From a virus (lineage: Duplodnaviria; Caudoviricetes), in the IMG/VR virus record IMGVR_UViG_3300033076_001517, positions 1-24,193 of that record: 24,193 nucleotides of DNA; one strand, written 5' to 3'. The translations under genes and the position numbers were made by a program. Numbering within the stretch: position 1 is the first letter of the stretch; the number at the start of each line of letters is the position of its first letter. Below, in pieces: positions 1-7,793 of this stretch. The notes under the pieces are model-generated. The model searched no databases, was not told the DNA's origin, and worked only from the letters and a program-made list of their open reading frames with translations.

Positions 1-633
1 ATGTGAAAGTTGAGTGAGTTGATCCGTCTCTTGCTGTGTGTACCCGCGGCCGAGTGTCGCCACTTGCTCTTGTACGACCGCCGCCGCCGCCGCGCGGATC
101 GCGGCCACCCGTTGCTCAGCGTCGCCGTCGGCGTTCGCCGCTTCGGCGAGTGACGAATACGTCCCGCCGAGGCGCGCCTGTGCCGCCGCTAGTTCTTCGC
201 TCGCAGCCGTGACCGCGCGCTGCTCAGTCTCATACTGGACAAAAGCGTTGTAAAGCATCAGCACACCGCCGACCGCGGCCGTCGCCTGGAGCCCGATGCC
301 GCCGAAAGCCGCGAGCGACTTCAATCCGACGTCAGCAATCTTCCCCGCCGCGCCACCCATGCTGCTCGCGAGTTCGCTCGCCTTTTCGGACAGCGCATGA
401 AGCCCGCGGTTGCCCGACTCTTCGAGCCGCTCGACGGCCGTCTTGGTGCCTTCAGCAGCCGTCGCGATGCGCCCGATGGAGGCACTTGACGCCGTGGCGC
501 TCGTACCCATCTTCGTCGCGCTCTTGTCAGCCGCGCCTCCGACCTCTTCGAGTTTGTCCGCAATCCGATCGAGTACCGCCGCCGACTCGGGTCCGCCGGG
601 CGTACTGATCGGGATGACGAGGCCTTCAGCCAT
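1..633 (-). CDS. Tape measure protein, N-terminal part (runs off left edge; absent from ORF track)
   Basis: Manual translation from ATG 633 is open to position 1: MAEGLVIPISTPGGPESAAVLDRIADKLEEVGGAADKSATKMG...AAFGGIGLQATAAVGGVLMLYNAF...EQRAVTAASEELAAAQARL. Ala/Gly-rich and helical, located downstream of the tail chaperones. Confidence 0.8.
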   Translation of the reverse strand, partial: MAEGLVIPISTPGGPESAAVLDRIADKLEEVGGAADKSATKMGTSATASSASIGRIATAAEGTKTAVERLEESGNRGLHALSEKASELASSMGGAAGKIADVGLKSLAAFGGIGLQATAAVGGVLMLYNAFVQYETEQRAVTAASEELAAAQARLGGTYSSLAEAANADGDAEQRVAAIRAAAAAVVQEQVATLGRGYTQQETDQLTQLSH

Positions 634-880
634 GAGGAGCCGCCCTGAGCGACCGGAGGGCCGCGATAAAGTCCGCGCGTGTCAAGTCTGGGATCACCAC
701 CGCGTCGGCGTCGGACACGCTCACGCCCTCGCTCGCGACGGTGTAGCGCACTAACTGAGCGACTCGCGCGACGAGCGACGATACGGCTGCGTCCGCCCCG
801 GGCGGCGCGTCAATGTCCAGCACCAGCAGAGCGAGCCTTCGCGGCTGCTGCCCGGTCGCGTCTGTCGATCTCTCGGTCAC
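626..880 (-). CDS. Small hypothetical protein (84 aa; start uncertain)
   Basis: Fills the gap between the GT frame and the tape measure gene. Its stop overlaps the tape measure start (ATGGCTGA). Composition is protein-like. Confidence 0.5.
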   Translation of the reverse strand: MTERSTDATGQQPRRLALLVLDIDAPPGADAAVSSLVARVAQLVRYTVASEGVSVSDADAVVIPDLTRADFIAALRSLRAAPHG

Positions 881-1343
881 TTGCGAGGCTCTCTCTCTGC
901 CCGCGCGTCAGCGCCGCGAGCGCGATCAGATCAGCGTGCGTGAGCTGTCGGCCCAGCGCCTCGGCGACTGTAACACCCCAGTCGCTTGCGGCGATAGCGA
1001 CCGCGGCCGTCACCTCGCGCACCCAGGGCGAGGCGCGCTCTAGGCACGCGAGCGGACATGTGCCCGTCGGTGCGATACCCGTCACCCGCGCGGCGTGCCG
1101 CTCCTCGCTCGCGAGATCCGGATCCAGCACCGCGGGCGGCGTGTGCCCGGCGGCGGGACAGCCCCACCGCCGTTGGTAATCCTGCGCGCCCGCTTCGAGC
1201 GCCGCGCGCGTGGCCTCGTCCTCGGCGCGGCTACCGCTCGACGGCGGCGGCGAGTGCGCAAGCTCCCGAAGGAGCGCGCACCCGCACTGCGCCCGTGTCG
1301 TCGTCAGCGCGCGAGCATCAGCCCAAGCGGCAAGAGAAAAGGG
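810..1343 (-). CDS. Tail assembly chaperone, frameshifted extension (gpT-like part of G-T)
   Basis: -1 frame relative to 1304..1816, with no convincing start of its own. Becomes protein-like exactly at the slippery site (PFSLAAWADARALTT...). Confidence 0.75.
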   Translation of the reverse strand, partial: PFSLAAWADARALTTTRAQCGCALLRELAHSPPPSSGSRAEDEATRAALEAGAQDYQRRWGCPAAGHTPPAVLDPDLASEERHAARVTGIAPTGTCPLACLERASPWVREVTAAVAIAASDWGVTVAEALGRQLTHADLIALAALTRGQRESLASDREIDRRDRAAAAKARSAGAGH

Positions 1344-1816
1344 CTCACCGCGAGCGGCCCCACCTCCGCGCGCTGCACCACTACGGCCGCAATCTCTGTG
1401 ACCGCCTTCGCGCCGTAGAGGTCCGCGATGTGGTCTAGCCAATCGTCGCTTGCGATCGACACACCTTTCGTCACCGACGTCAAGCCGCCGTGGTCGCTCG
1501 CCCGGTGCTCGACGCCGAGCGCGTCGGTGAACGAATGGCAAGCGATCAGCACGGCGTTCTGGGCGCGGCGGACACCCGCCGTGTCGAGCGCGAGCCGCAT
1601 ACCCGCGGAGGTAAGCGGCTGCACCACGAACACCGACGGCCGCGCGTCTGGGCGTAGAGGGAGCGCCTCCCTGTCGGCGTCGGAGCGGGAGCGCTCATAG
1701 GCCGACAGCCGCGCCGCCGCGCCGGGCGCGAGGGTGTCGAGCGCCGGGTCGCAGTTGGGCGACTGCTGCGACGTGGAGCCGACGAGCACTAGACGGAGGG
1801 AGGTAGAGGGATTCAA
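1304..1816 (-). CDS. Tail assembly chaperone (gpG-like), 170 aa
   Basis: Lies between tail tube and tape measure, AGGA upstream of TTG start, slippery site near 3' end. Confidence 0.78.
   Translation of the reverse strand: MNPSTSLRLVLVGSTSQQSPNCDPALDTLAPGAAARLSAYERSRSDADREALPLRPDARPSVFVVQPLTSAGMRLALDTAGVRRAQNAVLIACHSFTDALGVEHRASDHGGLTSVTKGVSIASDDWLDHIADLYGAKAVTEIAAVVVQRAEVGPLAVSPFLLPLGLMLAR
1337..1343 (-). other. Programmed -1 ribosomal frameshift heptamer C CCT TTT
   Basis: X XXY YYZ pattern in the correct phase, 10 sense codons before the stop of the gpG-like gene. A -1 slip enters the ORF ending at 810. Confidence 0.8.
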
Positions 1817-1840
1817 GCGGAGTCCTGACGTGGTGGGTGA

Positions 1841-3124
1841 TCAGCCGAAGGCGACGCGGAAGGGCGCTTTGATGAAGTCCAGGTCGGTGAGCGTCTCGCC
1901 CGCGAGCGTGACGCTGGTGTCCTGGATGCCCTCAAGCATAAGCTCCATATGAAGTCTATCGCCAATCGTCGTCAGCTTCGGCTGAGCGACAAGCTGCGCG
2001 ACGGGCAATTCCCAGATCCAGAACGAGGCCGTGACCCCCGTGCCGACCTTCTGGACAAGTACCATCTGATATGCAGTGTCGGCCGTGAAGGCTGCCGGGT
2101 AGGCGCTATCGAAGCGGAGCTTGATGCTCGCCTTGACGGCCGTTGGGCGGCCGCCCGTGGACACCACCGCGGCGACGGTGGTGAGTTGCCCGTTGCTAGC
2201 CGTTGCACCGGGATCGCGGACCATTTGCCAGTCGTTGCCGTAGTCGATCGTCGCGCCCTCGCACACCAGTCGAGTCGCACGCGCGACGGACGTGGCGAGG
2301 TACACCGACGGTGACCACGTGAAGGCTGGGCCCATCTCGTCGCTTGCGCTATCGGCGGTCAGCATCTGAGCAGACGGCCCGGTGAAAGCGGACGCCGTGA
2401 GCGCGAGGCTCATCGACGGGATTTTGCCGTACTCGGGTAAGTCGAAGGAGACGTCGCCATAGCAGCCGAAGGCGACGACTTGCGCCGTGGAATCGTTGAC
2501 GAATGCTTGCGCCACGGACAGTGACGCCGCGTGCGTCTCAGCGGGCGAATAGTTGTAGAGGTTGCGGACGATCTTCCCCGCGGTCGCCGGAGCCGCGGAC
2601 AGCGCGGGAGCGACTGTCAGCGCGTTCGTGCTGATGTTCGTGATCTTCGCCCACTCCATCTCGCTGTTGACTTCGACGAGAATAAAAGTCCCCTTCTTGA
2701 AGCGCGTCCCGTCGGTGACGTTGACCACCATGGTGGTGCTCGCCGTGCCGCTGATGATGTCGCCCTCGTCGGCGGCTTCCGACCCGAGCGCGTGGCGCAG
2801 GATGATCCGCGGAGTGAGCGACGCGAGGGCCGCTCCGTCGACAAGCTGGTCCGCCGTCTTCGTCGTCTTCAGCAGCATCTTCAGCGCGCCGATCTTCGAT
2901 GCGATCCGCAGCCCGTGGACTGGGTGAATCGCGTCGAGGCGGCGGACGCGCTCGTCGCCGACCGGGAGCATTTCCTCCGCGAGCCCTTCGAGGATGAGCC
3001 CGTCGCCGAGCGGGAAGACACGCGTCGGTGCGTTCGGGAACACGCTCACAGGTAGCGTGCCGTAAGTGGCTTCCTCGGCGATGTACGTGGCCCGCTCGCG
3101 GCTGATAATGTTCGTCTGTGCCAT
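1841..3124 (-). CDS. Major tail (tube) protein, 427 aa
   Basis: N-terminal IAEEATYG motif typical of tail tube proteins, beta-rich, positioned directly before the chaperones. Confidence 0.8.
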   Translation of the reverse strand: MAQTNIISRERATYIAEEATYGTLPVSVFPNAPTRVFPLGDGLILEGLAEEMLPVGDERVRRLDAIHPVHGLRIASKIGALKMLLKTTKTADQLVDGAALASLTPRIILRHALGSEAADEGDIISGTASTTMVVNVTDGTRFKKGTFILVEVNSEMEWAKITNISTNALTVAPALSAAPATAGKIVRNLYNYSPAETHAASLSVAQAFVNDSTAQVVAFGCYGDVSFDLPEYGKIPSMSLALTASAFTGPSAQMLTADSASDEMGPAFTWSPSVYLATSVARATRLVCEGATIDYGNDWQMVRDPGATASNGQLTTVAAVVSTGGRPTAVKASIKLRFDSAYPAAFTADTAYQMVLVQKVGTGVTASFWIWELPVAQLVAQPKLTTIGDRLHMELMLEGIQDTSVTLAGETLTDLDFIKAPFRVAFG

Positions 3125-3129
3125 TGCTT

Positions 3130-3152
3130 TTCTCTGCCGCGCGCGGCGGCGA
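3130..3152 (-). promoter_or_regulatory. Repeated near-palindromic leader motif, copy 1 (TCGCCGCCGCGCGCGGCAGAGAA)
   Basis: 17/18 identical to the intergenic motif at 9126-9143. Both lie just upstream of an ATG. Confidence 0.45.
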
Positions 3153-3158
3153 CGGTGA

Positions 3159-3665
3159 CTACTTCGTGCGAGACATTACCACCAGCGCGCGGCGCATGGC
3201 GGCGAGCAGGTACCCACGCGCGACGCCGATGCGAAGGTCAAGGCCCATGCGCCGCTTGTGCGCGAGGTAGGGCGGCGATAGCTCGTGAAGCTTCATATCC
3301 GCGCCGCTGTTTGTGAGCCGGTCAACGTACACCGCGCGGATCGCGTTGCCGCCGACCGTGAACGCGTTGTGGAGCCCGAGCTCTTTGCCCGCCGCGAGGT
3401 TGCTCGCCGTCTTGGCAATGATCGCGTCCGCGGCGGCCTTCTTCACGCGCGCCTGAACACGGAGAATCGGCCGCGCGGGTTGGTGGTTGTCGGGCACCCC
3501 GGCGTCGAACCAGAGCAGGTGCGTCGAGTCCTCGTCTGGCAGCGTGAGGCGCATGGTGTACGAGCGCCCGATCTCGTCCGCGATCTCACGCGCGCGCTTC
3601 GCGATGGCCTGGGCGGCCTCGCGTGCGAGCCTCGACGCGGTGCTTGCGACGGTAGGCGCGGGCAT
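3159..3665 (-). CDS. Tail completion / virion morphogenesis-like protein, 168 aa
   Basis: ATG 3665 coupled to the upstream TGA (TGATG). C-terminal LSPPYLAHKRRMG...IGVARGYL resembles the Mu gpG / P2 gpS-type motif. Neck position. Confidence 0.65.
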   Translation of the reverse strand: MPAPTVASTASRLAREAAQAIAKRAREIADEIGRSYTMRLTLPDEDSTHLLWFDAGVPDNHQPARPILRVQARVKKAAADAIIAKTASNLAAGKELGLHNAFTVGGNAIRAVYVDRLTNSGADMKLHELSPPYLAHKRRMGLDLRIGVARGYLLAAMRRALVVMSRTK

Positions 3666-4240
3666 CAGGGATCGTACGCGGTCGCGTTGTCCATCTGATA
3701 CCGCAGCGCGTAGACCGTCGTCGCGAGCATGCGCCCTCCTCCCATATCCTCGATCGTCGTGCCGCCCTCGCGCACGCACGCAAGCGGCACCGGGTCAAGC
3801 ACCGTCCCGCCTCGCAGGAGATCCGGATTCCCGAGCGCACGCTGTAGCCTTGCGCTGTCGTTCAAAGCGCGCTGCCGTGGCTGGTCAATCACCGTCGCCG
3901 CCGACTCGGTGCCCGAGAGCACCAGGAAGTCGGTGACGGCGTTGCCGTACGTGACGGCGTTGCAGATAGCGACTCGCGCCACGCGGTGCTGCGGGTTGTC
4001 AATCGGGTTGTTAATCGTCGGGTCGTCGGCGTCCGCAAGCCACTCGACGAACACGGCGCGGTCGAAGTCCACGCTCGGATACGTGGTGTCGCGCAGCGGT
4101 GCGTTCATACGCGCCTGACGGAAGCGCCCGACGGGTATTGACTTCGCCTGCGCGTCGGAGCCGAGCGAGCCGTTGGCTCCGCGGCCGTTGACCATGATGT
4201 CGTAGAGCCGCCCTTCGAGCGTCGCGAATGCACTCGTCAC
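3665..4240 (-). CDS. Putative neck / tail terminator protein, 191 aa
   Basis: Coupled on both sides, located in the neck cluster. Function inferred from synteny only. Confidence 0.6.
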   Translation of the reverse strand: MTSAFATLEGRLYDIMVNGRGANGSLGSDAQAKSIPVGRFRQARMNAPLRDTTYPSVDFDRAVFVEWLADADDPTINNPIDNPQHRVARVAICNAVTYGNAVTDFLVLSGTESAATVIDQPRQRALNDSARLQRALGNPDLLRGGTVLDPVPLACVREGGTTIEDMGGGRMLATTVYALRYQMDNATAYDP

Positions 4241-4713
4241 TGCGCCGTCCTCCGCACCGTCAGCGTGACTTGATGCGGGCGCGCGGCGTCCACGTCGGTG
4301 AGCTCGAACCGCTCGCCGCCGTCGCTAAACTCGTCGCCTGCAAGGAAATAATAAATGCGCGTATCGCTTGCGCCCGGTGGCGAAAGCTGATCGACGGTGT
4401 ACCCTCCGCCCGTCGTCGCGAGGGTGATCGGCCCGATACGGTAGGTGCCCGCGATGAGACGGCCACCGCTGATCGCGGAGTTGCCGCCGCCGAAGTAGCC
4501 GGCTTCTTCGCCCGCCGGGACCACCTTCGGGCGCGGCGAGAGCACCAGCGTGGATGTGCTCATCAGCGTGGACGTGCTCACCTGAGTCGGCCCGCTCCAT
4601 GTCTCTACGATCACAGAGACGGACACCGAACGCACGCCCGAGCGCTCAGCCGCACGTCGGCCCGTGAGCGCGGCGTTGCGGTGCGCGAGTCGCGCGGCGA
4701 GGTTGTCCGCCAT
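4237..4713 (-). CDS. Putative head-closure protein, 158 aa
   Basis: ATG 4713 follows the upstream TAG by 2 nt. Beta-rich, ends FELTDVDAARPHQVTLTVRR like head-closure proteins. Function inferred from synteny. Confidence 0.6.
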   Translation of the reverse strand: MADNLAARLAHRNAALTGRRAAERSGVRSVSVSVIVETWSGPTQVSTSTLMSTSTLVLSPRPKVVPAGEEAGYFGGGNSAISGGRLIAGTYRIGPITLATTGGGYTVDQLSPPGASDTRIYYFLAGDEFSDGGERFELTDVDAARPHQVTLTVRRTAQ

Positions 4714-4715
4714 GG

Positions 4716-5327
4716 CTAGTACACCTCGAAGGACGTCGAGCCGCGTGAGAAGGCGCGCCCGGCGTTCAGCACGTACGAGATTCCGCACGCGCGTGCGAGC
4801 CTATCGCGTAGCTCCGCGCGCCGCGCGAGTAGCGCCTGGGCGATCGTCTGCTCGCCCGAGCCGCCGAACCATTGGACCTCATCGACGGCCCTGAGCCCGG
4901 CGCTCGCCGTGGCGTCCTGCTCCTGGTCGTCGAGCGACGCGAGATCGGAGAGCAGCCCGCGCACGATCGTCAGCGGTGACTCGACCTCCACCGGGTACGT
5001 GCCCGAGTGCAGGCGACGGCAGACGACAGAGATGCCGCCGCCGGTGAGGGCGCGGACGGTCACCACCTCGCGCGTGCCGTCCACGTCGAGCACCACACGC
5101 GACGACGCCGCGAGCCCGGTTAGGCTCGTGAGCACGAGCACCGCTGCGCCCGGCGCCGTGACGGCCGTCGACGACGTGGTGGGCGCGATCGTCGACGACA
5201 CGACGTGCTGCTGGATGATGTCGTAGATGGCGCGGATCGACACGTAGGGGATCGCCCCGATGTCGAGCACGTTATCCAGGACTTCGGCTTTGATGCGCGA
5301 AATCTCATCCTGGCTGAGTGTCGTCAC
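4716..5327 (-). CDS. Putative head-tail adaptor protein, 203 aa
   Basis: AGGAG 7 nt before a GTG that overlaps the endonuclease stop (GTGA). Helical termini around a beta insert. First neck gene after the capsid genes. Confidence 0.65.
   Translation of the reverse strand: MTTLSQDEISRIKAEVLDNVLDIGAIPYVSIRAIYDIIQQHVVSSTIAPTTSSTAVTAPGAAVLVLTSLTGLAASSRVVLDVDGTREVVTVRALTGGGISVVCRRLHSGTYPVEVESPLTIVRGLLSDLASLDDQEQDATASAGLRAVDEVQWFGGSGEQTIAQALLARRAELRDRLARACGISYVLNAGRAFSRGSTSFEVY
5283..5327 (-). repeat. Diverged 15-codon duplicate, copy at adaptor 5' end (MTTLSQDEISRIKAE)
   Basis: 12/15 aa and 30/45 nt identical to 6077-6121. Confidence 0.9.
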
Positions 5328-6121
5328 GGCTTGCTCCTAGCGATCTGCGCGGTGCCGTCCACCTCATTGATGATCGACGGCGTTACTGTATCAGCATGGC
5401 GTTTGCCGATGTGTGCGGCCGACATATTCGCACGGCTCTCGGCGCTATGAACCCGGCCCTTGTGAGCCGCCGATATCTTGGCCTTTGTCTCTGGCGAGCG
5501 CGGGCCGCGCGTGCGCCCCGCCGCAGCGGCCGACAGCTTCGTGCGCGTTGCTTCTGATACTGGCGGTTGTGGGCGACCGGAGTGTGCGGCTCCAATCTTC
5601 GCGCGTGTCTCTGGCGAGAGTTTCCGCCCGCAAGCCGACTCGCTCATTTTTGCGCGTGTCTCTGGCGTGACGATGCGCCCCACCATAGACGCTTGAAGAT
5701 TGGCCCGATGCTCAGGTGAGCGCGTGCGCCCCTTCAAAGCAGCGCTCTGTTTCGCGCGTGATTCGAGCGTTGGGCTGCGACCTCGCGTCGGAGCTGACAC
5801 GTCTTGTGCTTGGTTGAAGCATTGTCGACCGTAGAGCGCGGTGACCATCAGTTGTTCGAGCCCAAGACGCAGGCTGTAGTCGGGCTCTGCCTCCATCATC
5901 TCGAACACCAAATCGTCGACCCCATACTTTCGCGCGTGCGCTTGAAGGTGGGAGTTCGTGTGATGCCCGGTCCTAAGTCGGCTGCGGTGGTGCCGCCAGC
6001 GTAGGACGACGTTGACCGATGAGCCGACGTAGACCTTGCCGGTCAGTCGTGAGGTGATGGAGTACACCCCCGCAGACTCTGCCTTGATTCGGCCAATCTC
6101 GTCTTCGCTCAGCGTTGCCAT
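5324..6121 (-). CDS. Free-standing GIY-YIG homing endonuclease with NUMOD3 repeats, 265 aa
   Basis: GVYSI...KVYVGSS...RWRHH...H.N.HLQ...KYG...E...N catalytic domain, followed by about seven (S/T)PETRAK(I/M)S-type repeats. Confidence 0.93.
   Translation of the reverse strand: MATLSEDEIGRIKAESAGVYSITSRLTGKVYVGSSVNVVLRWRHHRSRLRTGHHTNSHLQAHARKYGVDDLVFEMMEAEPDYSLRLGLEQLMVTALYGRQCFNQAQDVSAPTRGRSPTLESRAKQSAALKGRTRSPEHRANLQASMVGRIVTPETRAKMSESACGRKLSPETRAKIGAAHSGRPQPPVSEATRTKLSAAAAGRTRGPRSPETKAKISAAHKGRVHSAESRANMSAAHIGKRHADTVTPSIINEVDGTAQIARSKP
6077..6121 (-). repeat. Diverged 15-codon duplicate, copy at endonuclease 5' end (MATLSEDEIGRIKAE)
   Basis: Partner of 5283-5327. Similarity ends two residues before the GVY motif. 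Confidence 0.9.
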
Positions 6122-6163
6122 GCGGTGTCCCTTCGATCAGAGCGGAGCGGAGGCGAGAGCGGC

Positions 6164-6197
6164 CGCACGCGCGAGAGTGTGAGCCCTCGCGCGTGCG
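6164..6197 (-). terminator. Strong intergenic hairpin (terminator/attenuator or mRNA stabiliser) after the capsid genes
   Basis: Perfect 12-bp stem CGCACGCGCGAG/CTCGCGCGTGCG, extendable by G-U and G-C pairs on the minus strand. No U-tract. Confidence 0.5.
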
Positions 6198-6206
6198 CCT
6201 AGTGGG

Positions 6207-6593
6207 CTACCAGATCTTGCCGCGCGGGATGTACCGCGAAGTGACCGTGGTGGTGTCACCGACGACGCTCGCGCCCGACAGCGTCGCGACGGCGCGAACC
6301 TGCTGGAACGAGTAGGCCGCCATGGGCACCGCAAGGGCGACGGTCCCGGAGGCGCTGAGCGTCACCGTGGCCACGTTCGAGATGTCCTTGATGGGCACCC
6401 AGGTGGTGCCATCGACGGAGCCCTCGGCGCCGAAGGTGGCGACGATGGAGCCCGTGACGATCGAGCACGCGCAGTCGAGGATCAGCGTACCGAGTTGATA
6501 CACGTCCGACTGGAGAGCGACGCCCGTGCGCTTCGTGCCGTTGGTGCTCGTGAGCACCGGCAGAGAGGGAGCGGCGATTCGTTGAAGAGCCAT
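6207..6593 (-). CDS. Small beta-sandwich virion protein (capsid decoration-like), 128 aa
   Basis: Directly after the capsid gene, GAGGA RBS, EGSVDGTTW and VRAVAT motifs, Thr/Val/Ser-rich. Confidence 0.65.
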   Translation of the reverse strand: MALQRIAAPSLPVLTSTNGTKRTGVALQSDVYQLGTLILDCACSIVTGSIVATFGAEGSVDGTTWVPIKDISNVATVTLSASGTVALAVPMAAYSFQQVRAVATLSGASVVGDTTTVTSRYIPRGKIW

Positions 6594-6613
6594 GGTGTTC
6601 TAGTCCTCTCGAA

Positions 6614-7747
6614 TCAGCAGGAGTGGACGTTGACCACGAAGCGGTTATCGAGCATGGCCTCGCCCTCGTAGGCGATCCAGATGACCTTCGCGGTTTCGCC
6701 ATAGTTGTCGTCGGCCGACGCGGCCGCGCGACACGGGCCGCTCGACACGCGGCCGAGAGCGCCCGGGCCGAACATGGCGCCGTGGTCGATCGGACACGAC
6801 GCGCCGACGGTGCTGCTGTCGATCGTCTGCGTGTTGCTCATGTAGACGTCGATGCCCGCGATCGAGCGCACGAGCGACTGAGAGAGCGGGTTGATCGGGT
6901 TGAGCGCCGGAGTGAAGGGCGCCTGCCGCACGAAGTCCGGATCTGTCTGGAGCTGGCGCACCTGACGCGGCGAGAGCACCGCGATGAACTGCCCGTTGGC
7001 GAACCTTTGGACGTTGTTGAGCGTCAGCTTCTCCTGCATCTGGAGCAGCGCCTGGAAGTCCATGGAGCGCTGGCCCGCGACGGTGCCCGCCGGGAAGGCG
7101 CCCGCGTCGGTGGTGAGCGCGCCGTTGGGATCACCCGGGAAGATGATCGTCGAGCCCGCGTCGAACAGCGAGCCGTAGACGCTGTCAACGAACTTTAGCC
7201 GATCGCGGTAGAGGTCGATGCCCACGATCGAGGCGATCGAGTGCACGCCACGCTCGGCGTCGAGGCGGTCGATGGCGCGCGGCGCGACGCGGCTGTTGAC
7301 CGAGTCGTAGGGCCCGGCGCGGCGAGCGATGGTGATGGACACCTGCTCCTGCGTGAGGTCCACCGGGACCACGCTGATGGACTGCGACGCGGCGATGGTG
7401 CGCGCGGCCGCGGTGTACCCGCCGCCGCTGAAAACAGGGCGGTTCATGCGGATCGTATGACCGGGCTTGCCCGGCGCGAGTTCGTCGGACACGACGATCG
7501 CTTCGGCGTAGGGCATTTGCCCGGCGATGATTGACTGCATCAGCTGGAACTGGAGCGCGGCGGGACCGACGTCGGGCGCGCTGCGCTCGGCGGTCAACCC
7601 CATGTCACCGACGCGGCGGAACTCGGCGTTCATGTCGGCGAGGTACACGAGCTGCGCGTAGAGGTACTGCGGCTCTGGCTGCCGCAGCATGACCGCACTG
7701 GTGCGATCATAAAATTCATTCGGGAGCGTGACGCGTGAAACGGACAT
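6614..7747 (-). CDS. Major capsid protein, 377 aa
   Basis: Size and position after the scaffold. GKPGHTIRM, FIAVLSPRQVRQLQTDPDF, IAGIDVYMSN and DDNYG...IW.AYEG.AML segments are typical of HK97-fold coat proteins. Confidence 0.88.
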   Translation of the reverse strand: MSVSRVTLPNEFYDRTSAVMLRQPEPQYLYAQLVYLADMNAEFRRVGDMGLTAERSAPDVGPAALQFQLMQSIIAGQMPYAEAIVVSDELAPGKPGHTIRMNRPVFSGGGYTAAARTIAASQSISVVPVDLTQEQVSITIARRAGPYDSVNSRVAPRAIDRLDAERGVHSIASIVGIDLYRDRLKFVDSVYGSLFDAGSTIIFPGDPNGALTTDAGAFPAGTVAGQRSMDFQALLQMQEKLTLNNVQRFANGQFIAVLSPRQVRQLQTDPDFVRQAPFTPALNPINPLSQSLVRSIAGIDVYMSNTQTIDSSTVGASCPIDHGAMFGPGALGRVSSGPCRAAASADDNYGETAKVIWIAYEGEAMLDNRFVVNVHSC

Positions 7748-7793
7748 TCGGATGACCTGTGCGAGTCAGCGCTCGCGACGGAGTGAGAGACGA

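Noticed and set aside
1344-1541. 5' part of the 243-aa ORF 810..1541
   Set aside because: Overlaps the gpG-like gene and is non-protein-like. The frame is better explained by entry through the frameshift.
5486-5667. DNA repeats GCGCGTGTCTCTGGCG (5601, 5652; partial at 5486)
   Set aside because: Explained by the NUMOD3 PET(R/K)AK protein repeats.
5283-6121. Group I intron carrying the GIY-YIG ORF
   Set aside because: There is no non-coding room for a ribozyme core, and the downstream gene has its own RBS, start and complete N-terminus, so splicing is unnecessary.
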